From assembly GCA_010015585.1 (NCBI GenBank), contig ML975177.1: a stretch of 64,000 bases of DNA. One strand, 5' to 3'. Source of the stretch: Eremomyces bilateralis CBS 781.70. Taxonomy: Eukaryota. Positions 25,520 through 36,841 of this stretch are shown piece after piece. Position 1 is the first letter of the stretch; the number at the start of each line of letters is the position of its first letter. A model generated the notes under the pieces. It was not told the origin of the DNA, made no database searches, and saw nothing but the letters and a program-made list of their open reading frames with translations. Made by a program: the position numbers and the translations under genes.

Positions 25520-26093
25520 TTATCTCGTAGCCTTTACAAACCCATCCAACCCCCGATCAAATTTCTCGCACCGAATCGGCATCTCCACTGTATAGAACGG
25601 GTTCTTCATGGCGAAATCGCAGTACAGCTCGTAGATCCGCCGCATGATGCCGTCGATGTTCGGCTGCTGCGGCTCCGTGAACAGCAGGAACTTGGTCCCT
25701 GTCACCGTCTGGAAGCACTGCAGCCGGAAGTTGGCGGACTCCATGACTTCGATGCCGCTGGGGCGGACGGGCATGGTGGGGATGTTGGAGGGGGGAGGCT
25801 GGGCCGGGGGAACGGGGCAGAGTTTTTGGGAGATGGCGTGGACACTGATAGCGGTGGTCAATTGGAGAACTCATTCTTGAGACGGGATATCAGATTGAGC
25901 GAGCTTACCCGTGGAAGGTGCCCGCGATTATGAGCAGCTCATTGGTATCTTGCTTGGACAGACCGGCGTGGAATTCGCGGTTATAGATCAGGCCGCCGGC
26001 TTTGCTGACGATGAGGAGCGTGAATACAACCCTTGGCTTGCGTCAATTACTTTTGGACAGTGCTGTAGGATAGGTACATTGGGAGACAAACAT
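25520..26093 (-). CDS. TRS23: TRAPP complex subunit Trs23 (sybindin family)
   Basis: Split ATG (AT|intron|G; donor at 26091 or 26077), then VVFTLLIVSKAGGLIYN, AGTFHGVHAI, FQTVTGTKF and KNPFYTVEMPIRCEKFD. Confidence 0.9.
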
Positions 26094-26990
26094 GATCAGG
26101 GCATCGGAATGCGAAGTTGCATTGCCGCCAACCGTGTAGCAGAAGATACGATTGTAATCTGCTCCAATGTTGGGGCTGTGCGCGGCTTCTTCTCTTCTTC
26201 CCTTGCTGGTTGTGTGCGTTTATCTATAGCAAGGTGGGTAGGTGCATGGCGTCTTTTTGAATTGAACGTCACGGTGTCATTCCAGAGCACGTATGCGTTT
26301 GTCCTGCGCTTTGGTCATTCAGATGGAGTGATAGGAGTGGATCAGTGAAGTGGCAGTTGATCAATGTGAAAGTTGTGGACGGGGCTACGCTTACAGGGGT
26401 CCCCGGCTAGGCGACACTACCCGCGACCAGGAGCATTGCCTGGTTTACTACGGTACCTACTACGTATTTGGTAATGATTAATGACTGGTTGTCTGCTGGC
26501 ACTAACGGTTAACAGCGATTTATAACACAATAGTATGGCATTTCAAACCCAACTCAGCTAAGCTCTCGTACTTTATCCGGGCATCGACCCCTGGAGCCCT
26601 GAACCAACAGCCACCGTTGGCGGTTGAACCCCTCATCCGCTACATGTGCCAGGCTGCCTGCCAGCTTGACCTTTCTGCTGCAGTGCTGCTTGGTGTGGAA
26701 TTGCGTATTTGGCACGACCGCTGGAAGTGAAGTGGGTGTACACAATACTACTGCAGAAACATCTCAGTGATCAGTTGGAGCCTAAAAGCCATCCTTCGTG
26801 TAAACGATCATAATATCAGAATCCCACTCACCAACTTCTCTCCCTCCCATTCTCGCCTCATGATCCGCAGTTTCCTCTCAATTGCTTCGACCGTTCTACG
26901 CTTCCCCGCTCCGACCTGCGCTTCCACTCCTACAGCTGGAATTCATTCGATTTCCCGCCAAACTGGAGGAGCTGTATAGCCTGAGCAGTC

Positions 26991-28767
26991 ATGGCTGACC
27001 AGTCGATCTTGCGGATCACGAGAGTAAGGCTGGATGTATTTCCCTGCTCCTGGCCATCGCTGACTAGTGTTGAAGGAGCTACGTGATATCCAGAGGGGAT
27101 CCGACTTGTGTACGCATCAGAATACGCTGGTTTCCATATCTCAACATTCGCTGAGTTCATGGTAGCAATCGCCGTTGCCTGCAAAGATAGCAACGTGCGA
27201 CATATACGGGCTCTGATAATCGGTCCACCCGATACTCCGTATGAGTTTGGATTCTTCGAGGTATGGGAGAACCTTCTCGGATTGACTTCAGCTTAACGAT
27301 TCTGACGCGACACTGTAGTTCTCAGTCAAATTTGGTAGAGGTATACTGGACTTCCATGAGACCCAAGTTTGCTGCGTCCAAGGCTCTGACGAAGTCTATC
27401 AGAGTATCCTACAAAGTCACCGGCCGTCAACTCGTTGACCACAAATGGTGGACGGACACGATTCAACCCGAACATCTATGCTGGAGGCAAAGTTTGCCTG
27501 TATGTTCACCATGGCTTGGCCGACTCGAATATGGAACAGGAGCGCTAACATATCTACAGGTCGATATTAGGGTATGGCTCTACTGTAACATGAGTCTTAT
27601 ATCAAACCTCACCGAAAATTCTAGGACATGGCGTGGCGAACGAGGGGAGGAATGGTCATCTGCGCAAGGCCTCGAATCGATCCTGATTTCCATTCAAAGC
27701 TTGATGTCTGGGAACCCTTATGAGAATGAGCCCGGCTTCGAAAACTCCAACACCGACTATGACAAGAAGAACCAGCAGGCGTATGTTGCGAAGGTCTGTA
27801 TCCAGGCGCCCTCCTGAGAAATTGTCGTTGCTGAACATGGTAGATTCGACATGAAACTCTTCGTGTCTCCGTCATCGAACGACTTGAGGGCTATTTGGGG
27901 ATCAACAAATACAATGGGTCATATGTCATGCCGTACACCCCGGATGTGGAGACGGACAACAGAGGGGATATGGGCTTTGAGGCGGCGTTCGAACCGTTCA
28001 AAGACAAAGTCAAGCGGCTATTCTTATGGTACTATGACTCGTATGTCAAGGCGATCGACGAGGAGTCCAAGAAGCACTCCGACGGGAGTCGGTTCGAGAA
28101 GATGCCGTTCGAAGGCACCGGCAATACCATGGAAGGCACTTTTCAGTACACCGACCTGATGACCCGGCTCACCGTGATCCGCATGCGACTCATGCAAGAA
28201 AGCGACGGCTGGGTGACGGAAGGGAAAATTGCGGCCTCGAAAGAGTCCAGCCTCGCCAACAACCTGCAGCGACAGTTTGAGCAGACCGTGGAGCTGTTCA
28301 AGAAGAACGACGCCATCGCCCTGGATCTCGAGCTGGTGGACAGCAACCCGTTCCTCTGGCAGCTGGTCCTCTTCGGCCGGCCCATGACCAACCTCGATGG
28401 CGGCATGTTCCGCGTCAAAATCTACATCTCCCCGCAATTCCCCAGCGAACTCCCGCGCGTGAAGGTCGAGACCCCCATCTTCCACCATCGCGTGTCGAAG
28501 GACGGCCAGCTGTGTTTCCTCGTGCAGAAGCCGGATGAGCTCTGCTCGTACGTCGAGGCTATCGTCGCCGCGATCGAAGACGAGAATCCCGCGTACGATC
28601 CCCGGACGCTCGTGAATCTGGAGGCATCCCGGCTATTCTGGGGGTCCGTGGAGGATAGAAAGGTGTACAGCCGCAAGCTTCGTCGGTCGGCGCAAGACAG
28701 CTCAGAGTGAGTGCGATATAATTGTCTATTTATATTCTGCAAACTAACTGCAACACCCAGATTCTGA
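26991..28767 (+). CDS. Ubiquitin-conjugating enzyme (UBE2Z-like N-terminal UBC) with a second C-terminal UBC domain
   Basis: [11 protein letters not shown]|..., [39 protein letters not shown]. Second domain [12 protein letters not shown]...FP..P.VK...[13 protein letters not shown]. Many short introns, last exon A-TTC-TGA at 28761-28767. Confidence 0.88.
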
Positions 28768-29491
28768 CCACTTTCAACCCACGTATTCCCTCATGTCCGT
28801 GATGAGCTCCCATCGCTCCACCATTTCCGGCGCACCCTGCTTCCTTCCAAGATTCCAAACATATCGCGCCACGCGACGATTAATTTCGCTTCCCATGTTG
28901 GTGTCAAATTACACTGTTTCTGTTTTAACGATGATGACGATGGCTTTCACGCATTCTCACGCTCAGCGAGGCGCTGGGGTTCACGGGATGATGGACCATG
29001 GACGAACATGAACGGTCGGTGGATCTCGGCATCTTTCATAGCCACGGACGGCGTTTTATGGATGGGTACTTAGCAAATCACATAGGATAAGTGGAATGCC
29101 TTATCGCATTTTCGAGGATTGCCAAGTGGCGAACATGGTGAACGTGTCTGTGTCTGTGTCCCTGTAAGAAGTTCTGATGGAGCCTTGTAGAGTGGGGGAT
29201 CTAACAATTATCTAACTATTATGGTCCTGTAGTTAACTAGTTAGTGAGAGAGAGGATACTGCTACTGTAGTAGTAATTAGGAACAAGGATGGATGTGTGT
29301 GCTGATGTCAGACACGAGACATGGAATTTTGTCAAAGGTATTTAATAGCCATTTTCCATAAGGAGTAATAAAACTTCCAACCCCTGCAACGCCTTTCCTG
29401 CAGCTTTCGGATTCTAGATATCTTCCACAAACTCCTGAAGAATCCACCAACTCGTAACATTTTCAACTTCCTTCCATCTAAAAACTCTACG

Positions 29492-30672
29492 ATGGCAGAG
29501 TCACAAGTAGCGGGCGGGTCAATTGGCCACGTCCTCGTTACCGGTGGCTGCGGCTTCCTAGGGCACCACATCGTCCGCCTCCTCCGCCTCCGCGACCCCG
29601 AGAGTCGCATCTCGGTGCTGGACCTGAACACGAACCGCAATATCCTCGCGGCCGAAGGGATCAAGTATTATAACGGTGACATCTCGTCGCGGGAGTCGAT
29701 TGAGGGCGTGTTTGCGAAGCTCGAATATGGGAAAGTCGACGTCGTCATCCATACCATTTCCCCGCCTTTCCATCTAGGGAAGGAGTTGCAATGGTCGGTC
29801 AACGTCGAGGGGACGAAGAACCTGCTCGAGGTCGCGAAAGGGGCGGGCGTGAAGGCGTTCGTTTATACCAGCTCGGCTAGTGTGATCATGGATAATAGCA
29901 TGGTCTTGGTGAATGCCGATGAGCGGTGGCCGATCATGGTTGACAACGATCAACCAGAGTATTACTCTACGACGAAGGTGATACAATTCCAGATGGAAAC
30001 GGTCAGCTACCAAAGCTAACAACAAACCTATAGGCATACGCCGAACATGCCGTTCTCGAAGCGAATCGCAACCCCGAAGGCTTCCTCACCGCCGCGATCC
30101 GCCCCGCCGCAATCTTTGGCGAAGGCGATGTCCAGCTGATCCCGCCGATGATGCACGCCTCGCGAGCCGGGCAATCGAAGGTACAAATCGGCGACAACAC
30201 GAACCTCTTCGACTACACCTACGTCGGCAACGTAGCCCACGCGCACCTCCTCGCCGCCTCGGCGCTGCTCCGCACGCGCGCGATGGCCACGGCGCCCCTG
30301 GACAACGAGAAAGTCGACGGGGAGGCCTTCTTCATCACGAACGACCAGCCGGTCTACTTCTGGGACTTCCCGCGCATGCTGTGGAAGGAGACCGGGGACG
30401 TGCGGACGGCGAAGGAGATCTGGGTGCTTTCTTATAGCATGGCGTGGTTCATCGGGCTACTGATGGAGACGGTCATGTGGATCCTCGGGAAGACGCCGAA
30501 GTTGACGCGGCAGCAGGTGTTGAAGAGCACGATGACGCGGTTCTTCAATATCGACAAGGCGAAGCGGAGGCTGAAGTACCGGCCGGTCGTGAGCCTGGAC
30601 GACGGCATTCGGCGGGCGGCGAAGTGGTGGTTGGAGCAGGAGGCTCTGGAGCAGCAGAAAAAGTCGCAATAG
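29492..30672 (+). CDS. ERG26: C-3 sterol dehydrogenase (decarboxylating), 3-beta-HSD family
   Basis: VLVTGGCGFLG, VYTSSASV, catalytic YSTTK across intron 29978-30033, FDYTYVGNVAHAHLLAA, GEAFFITNDQP. Confidence 0.9.
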
Positions 30673-31234
30673 GTGTATGTGGTATATTGTCGCGATTGGT
30701 TGCTCTTGAGCACGTTGGCATTCTCGAATCGCTGAGAAATTCTCTGCCGTCCGCTATGTAATCCTCATTTCCCACCTGATCTACTGTCAACAACCAGCAC
30801 CATGGACAAATCCTATTAGTTGGATCCTGTTCCTCCCATACCCCCATTGATCGTGACGTTTGCACACCACACTGGTATAGAACGCGATAGCCCCCCTGCG
30901 CCGCCTCCAAGCTTTTTACTACCATCCTAATAGGTATGGAATAGTTCTTCTTTGGCTTTGCAATAGATGAAAGTGGTTCTCGCCATCTTCGCGGTCAAAC
31001 CATCTCACATTGCCCACCATTCACCACCTAGTTCTGTGAATAACCAGTTAATTGCGGGAAACATGAAGCTGTAGTGAAGTGTTGCAATTAATCTGTTGTT
31101 CTATCACCTGGACTTGAGACAGCAACCAGCACGTTATCAGCACGTGACAGTGCCAAGACTACGAGACAGTCATGACAATGCAAACGTCTAAACTACTATG
31201 TAATTAAAGGGGATCTCCTACAAGGCTGTTGCTA

Positions 31235-32616
31235 TCATGCCTCTAGTGGTTTCCGTCCGGAAAGAAAAGCACTAAATTAGTGATTTGCAAGTTAGTAAGT
31301 AGTTAAATAATCGAATGGGTTAACATACGCTTTCGTATAGGCGTGAAACTTGTTACTCAACGATTCACTGCGCACTTGTGCTATAAGCACCTGAACTTCC
31401 TCCTGCTTCCAACCATTTCGGGTGAAGAGCGCCATGCTGTAGTTCTCTATGCCTGTGTAGGTCAGTGTCTGCAGTACAGCTTAATGCCAAAGACTTACCT
31501 GTCAAGTAATGGACTTGGTAATACATTCCAATCCCTTTCAACTTTTTGTCTTTCGGCCAAGTACCGATCGGTATTAGCTTCTCGGTTTCCTGGATCTCCT
31601 CATAGCCAGCTTCGTTGAGCCAGCCCCGCATGTTGAGCATCGGGTCAAAATCAATGCCAATCTTTTCAGCAATTTCGTGGAAGGTTCTCTACACGAAGGA
31701 ATTAGGATCATGGCATGGCACGTAGTCGATGGCAACATTACTGACCTCGAATTTAATGCTGCTGGTATCTTCCGAGAGGGAACCGTCGTCGCAGTGGAAG
31801 CGTGTTCGGATCTCTGATATTTCTATCCGCCCTCCTGGTTTTAGGTGTCTAAGTATTCTATTAGCTCTGCTTATGTGTAAGTGGTTCCTTTCCATACTTT
31901 TGTGCTTCTTTTAAGAATGTCACCCAATCCCTTATGCTCCCGCCCAGTGTGCGCACATGAATGAAGTCGAAGCTATTTTGTTCGAATGTCCAAGGTTGTG
32001 TTAGGTCATCGATCTCAAACTTCACATTCGGAGGTGCCCTGTGCCATTTATTAGCCCTGAATCTTCTTAGATGATGGTCCTTTTCGTACCATTGAGGCTG
32101 GATGGGACTCAAGTCGACCCCGATCACCTCAGCGGAGGGATAAATGTCTCCGGCTGGAAAGCAGTTAGTGCCCGTCTTTGTAGTCGAATATCAAACTCAA
32201 CAGACCATCAATCGCCCAGATTCCTGTCCCCGTCCCTACATCGAGGATCCTCTGTGGATCTTCCAGCTTTGTCGCAGTTATCTCTCCTGCTAGTGTTAAG
32301 CGGAATATGTGATGTTGAAGGTCGAGCCGGTCCTGTTCACTCTCATCATTTGGGAGAAGCTATCTCTCGCTCAGTGATCTGGAGTTGAATACACCATCGT
32401 GTTACGCACATATTGCCCCGCGCGATAGGAGTGATAAGAGTGGCCATTCTCGAAGACATAGTCGAAAATTGAGGATGACACTGAGGTCGTATCGGACACG
32501 ACGCTCTCATAATCTGAAGCCGAGCTTCTTGGATTTGACTGGAACTGTGTAAGCGTCGAAATCATACACTACGATGCTATCGCACTTACATCAACCTCGA
32601 TCGTATGATGCTCCAT
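31235..32616 (-). CDS. SAM-dependent methyltransferase (LaeA-like/TAM family)
   Basis: Multi-exon: FENGHSYHSY, LPNDESEQDRLDLQH, ILDVGTGTGIWA, GVDLSPIQP, FDFIHVR, LKPGGRIE, PIGTWPKD, ending GRKPLEA*. Confidence 0.88.
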
Positions 32617-33013
32617 CACGGTTATATAATCTTATGAAGCGCAAGAGCACCTTCACCTTCGAGTTGAGGAAGGAAAGTGGGGAAGGGAATGAAAACTGGA
32701 ATTGAAAAGCGTTCTGTCGCCCGGTACTTAGGCTTACAAGGGGGCAACAGCACTCCCCTAGTCCCCTTTGCCTACGGCACTAAATATTGGCCATGTATTA
32801 AAGTGGAATCTTATCGTGTTAAAACTTGAGAGGACTGAGGAGGAACGGGGGAGGGATCAGCCCGTTTGTGGGGACTGGGGAAATACTCGATCCACTACTA
32901 CTACTAGGTACTTAATTGGTTCAATCCACCCACGCACGGTAAGTCCGGAATCCTGCCCTCTACTCGTGCTAGGCAGCCTAGGCTTCCCCCCTCTCCAGGG
33001 TGGGTGCGCCACT

Positions 33014-33079
33014 GATCAACGCAAACCACCGATCAACGCAAACCACCGATCAACGCAAACCACAGATCAACGCAAAATT
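33014..33079. repeat. 17-bp tandem subterminal repeat GATCAACGCAAACCACC x4 (inverted counterpart x2 at about 34882-34913)
   Basis: Units start at 33014, 33031, 33048 and 33065. Confidence 0.9.
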
Positions 33080-33112
33080 GAGTACATCAAGCAACAAAAC
33101 AATCGATTTCTT

Positions 33113-34841
33113 CTACGACGGTTGAGTATCTATAAAATAAGGGAGATTTTCTTGATCTCTAGTAGCTGGAGCAGCTGTTTCACCATTTATTTCTCCCCCG
33201 CGAGCCTCCTCTGTGAGCTCACGTTGCCTTTTCTTCTTATCGCGTGCCCGGCGTCGCTCACGCTTCTCCCACTCCTCCCTCATTTCCGTAGCCTTCCGCT
33301 CTTCAATCCGGCGATTTGCATCCTTAACATAAAGAGGACCTCCTGCATTAACACGTCGACGAGTTGTTTTTCGTTTGCGATTGTGGCTGGCATCTAAATA
33401 GCGATCCAAATCGCTGCCTTGTTGCGCGCCGAGCTCCGCTTGCAGTAAACTGCTATTGAAAACCTTGTTTATCTTTTTATTGAGCGACGGCGAGACTTTG
33501 TCAAGGACATCCTCTATATCCGTAAGGTTTTTCTTCACCTTCTCAATACAGTGTCGGAGTTTTTGCACATTCTTTGGCGAGGAAAGTTGGGAGGAAGACA
33601 GAGGGGGTCTTTTCACGTTCGGGTTCGCCGTCCAAAAACTCAAGCACAGGGCCATCATCTGCACATAACTTTTCCAACTCTTTAATAACAAGCTCAGGCT
33701 TAATTGGCCATACTCCTCGTCTTGTCCAGCCGGCGCGGAGAACTCGTGGGGTGAAGGCTTTCTCCCTTATTGCAGGTAGAGCTGAAAGGAACTGCCGATG
33801 GTTGAAGCTCTCATCACCCAGGCGTGCAGCCTCATTGACAGCCTTTGCATGCCAGTGCTTGTACTACTGAAAAGGAATCCCATCCAGAGGTTGTAAATGG
33901 TGTGTCATGTGGGGTGGAAGGAAGTAAGGAATAATTCGGCGGTCCTCGCAGAATTTGAGGAAGTCGTATGTCAGGTGTGAACCATGGTTGTCAAGTAGGA
34001 GGAGCCGGTATTCAGAAGATATAGCTGGGCGTGTCTCTATATCAAAATGATGAATCCAATCATATCCTCCTTCATCAGTGATATACCCATTAGGTGTAAG
34101 GGTGATCATCCAGTTGTCTGGAAGCCCACAATCCTTATACCAATCCTCCAGATGGTATGAGCCTGCCAGAACAAGAAAGGGGTTGGTTGGTTTGCCTTCA
34201 GCAGAGATGCATTCAATGACAGTGACCAATTTCCGTGTCATAGCACTTCCGATGTTTGCATTTGCTTCAGGAAAAGCAGCTATAACCTTCTCAACCTTTC
34301 CCTGGCCAATCTGGAAGCCTGTCTCATCCATGTTGTAGATGTTGCATGGGCGGATGTGATGGCTTTTGATGACAATCTCTCAGCGATCATAAAAAGTCTG
34401 CACTATCCCAATATCTTCAGCCTGTATACGCTTAGGATCCATGGGACGCTGTTTAATGCGCTTATATTCAGGTGGAAGGCGCTTAAGGAAGCGGTACGTC
34501 CACATTTTTGAGACTGTTGGAGGTGGGGTTTCTGGATTTGCGTGGTTTCGATAGAGGATGGCATTGGCGCAATTTGTCACCATTTCAGCGGTCGGCGGGC
34601 GGCCAGCTTCGTCAAGCTGTTTGATCCAGTGTTTAACTGCATCCTCCTGTGCTTTATCAAGTATTCGGTTGGCAGGCTTTGGAGCTTTCTTCGATGGCTT
34701 CCCATTGATGCGTGATCGAAGGGCGTAGTAAGGAACGTGATACTCGTTGTGCAACGACGTGATATTTTTATTTTCACCGCGTCAGTACTTGGTGACAGCT
34801 GCAAGGATTCGACTCTCCTGATCATCGTCCTCAGGAGGCAT
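33113..34841 (-). pseudogene. Disrupted pogo-type transposase (HTH psq/CENP-B + DDE_1)
   Basis: ATG at 34841. Motifs YNMDETGF, LLLLDNHGSH and LPPHMTHHLQPLD. In-frame stops at 34782-84 (TGA), 34380-82 (TGA) and 33864-66 (TAG), plus an apparent 1-nt frameshift in a C-run near 33604. Confidence 0.9.
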
Positions 34842-35377
34842 GTTGGTCTTGAGATAATTAACTATTTGAGTTGAGTCTACAAATTTTGCGTTGTTGTGTG
34901 GTTTGCGTTGATCCGTGACGTACGCACCCACCCTGGAGGGGGGGAAGCACCCACCCTGGAGGGGGGAAGCCTGGCACGAGTAATTGTTCCATTTAATTAC
35001 CTAACCCAAATTCCCAATACATACCTATCCATCCCACGCCCCAGGCTCAACGAGGCCGAGAACTCAGCAGTAGGTGTGCTTCGAAGCTTAGCAGTCAGCG
35101 CTGACGACGTCTGCCGCTGTTGGGTTAGGGACCAAGCGGTCGCCTGGTTGGTCCAATTGCACCTCGGGACTCGCGACTAGTCGGGCTTTCGCCCTGTCGA
35201 TCGATGCGAATTCCCGAGCTGGGATCCTCCCAATACGAACGTATTCAGATACGGTGGAGTTGAGGTCAAATATAAATAATAAAGGTGAGTATCGAAGCGG
35301 GATCGCACCGTTCCCATTCAACACATTGTATTCTTTTGGGATCCAGATCAACCTTCTTATCCATTACTCTACCGGAG

Positions 35378-36715
35378 ATGAAAGGTATCACCCTTGAAAA
35401 GCCCGGAGCTCCGTGGGTGTTGGTGGACGACCTACCCGTGCCCGAGCCAGGAGATTCCCAGATCCTCGTCAAGTCGATCGTGACCGCGATCAATCCTATG
35501 TATGTTGCCATGAAACTTGAAATGAACCGTAGCTGATGGACATCCAGCGATGGAGTGCAAGCCGCCACCGGACTCCTAGTGGAGGGCTGGCCCTTTACCC
35601 CAGGATGCGATGCCGGTGGCATCGTGGTCAAGGCGGGGAAGAATGCCGTGTCGGCCTTGGGGTCGCCATTCAAGGAGGGCGACCGCATTTGCGGGGCGAC
35701 CAGGCTCGGCACGAAAGGCCATTCGCCTTTCCAGGAATATGTCAGTGCCGATATGATGATATATGGCTAGGCTGACGGAAACAGTTCCTGATGGACGCGC
35801 AAGTCACCATTCCGGTTCCAAGCAACCTCTCTTACGAGCATGCCGCGTGCGTTGGGGTGGCCGTTGAAGTATAGAGACTGGCCTGTACCAGGCTTCTCCC
35901 CAACGTTGACAGGGACTGACGATTGATCAGACGGCTGGCCTTGGAGTGTTCTCCGGACTTCATGTCCCCATTTTCGACCCCAAGAACCTCCCGGCTCCGA
36001 ACGGCGAGTGGGCGTTGGTGCTCGGTGGCGCCAGTAGCGTCGGCAAGATGGCCCTTCAGGTATGAGGTTCCTTCTCATCGTCGAGCAAACGCTTACATGA
36101 CCAAGCTCCTCAAAAAGGCCGGGTACAAGGTCATTGTAACCTGTTCGTCCGGATCTGCAGAGGTAATATCTCATCAACGAAAGAAGGATGCCGCTAATGC
36201 TGGTGAAGCTCTTGAAATCTCTCGGCGCCGAAGCCACAGTCGACTACAAGAAACCAAAGAGCGAGGTCATCTCCGAGATCCTCTCCATCACTGGAAATTC
36301 AGTCGCCCGGGTCTTCGATGCGGTCTCGCAACACGTCCAATTCGCCGCTGACCTCCTGAAGGGGGTGGAGAAATCGCCGAGATACTTCACCTCCACCAAC
36401 GGCCGGTAAGACCCCCCCTTCGCTTCATCTCACGCATGCTGATCATCGGGAAGGGACCCGATACCGGACGACGCCCCGTACGAGGGAGGCCCGATTCTCC
36501 TAGGTCCCGTTGGTCGCCCGGAAGGGACGGAAACCAACGGGAGGATCGAGGCGTTCATTCCGTTGGTCTATAAGCTGCTGGAGGCGGGCGAGCTGATTCC
36601 GAGCGAGTACATCGTGGGTGGAACGGGATTTGAAAGCATTGTAGATGCGTACCAACTGCAGTCATCGGGAAAGGGCGGGAACAAGAAAGTGATCGTGAAG
36701 CTGCAAGATCCGTAG
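35378..36715 (+). CDS. Zinc-independent MDR / trans-enoyl reductase-like (TOXD/LovC-like) oxidoreductase
   Basis: MKGITLEKPG...AINP|IDG, GCDAGGIV, VLGGASSVGK, LGAEATVDY, ending KKVIVKLQDP*. Six introns. Confidence 0.85.
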
Positions 36716-36804
36716 ATATGGGGATAGCAACGCCAGATATAATGGAACTGTCACTGTCAGAGCTCACGATTCAATTAACGGCCAATACTTAAATGAGACT
36801 ATCT

Positions 36805-36841
36805 AGTTATCAACAACGGAGTTATCACCAACGGAGTTATC
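36805..36841. repeat. 15-bp tandem repeat AGTTATCAMCAACGG x2.5 abutting the ALG12 stop codon
   Basis: agttatcaacaacgg agttatcaccaacgg agttatc read directly. Confidence 0.75.

Larger units (their letters stand above)
32963..34980 (-). mobile_element. Tc1/mariner superfamily pogo/Fot1-like DNA transposon (defective) with compound inverted termini and TA target duplication
   Basis: TA at 32961-62 and 34981-82. Outer inverted termini CTCGTGCYAGGC...CTTCCCCCC..CCAGGGTGGGTGCG; inner inverted termini CGYCACKGATCAACGCAAACCAC...AACGCAAAATT; encloses a DDE transposase. Confidence 0.9.

Noticed and set aside
15066..30672. erdS and ERG26 as a sterol gene cluster
   Set aside because: They are 11 kb apart with five unrelated genes in between, so proximity is probably coincidental.
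32768..33397. 209-aa plus-strand ORF crossing the transposon left end
   Set aside because: Non-ATG start, spans the element boundary and translates the terminal repeats, so it is spurious.
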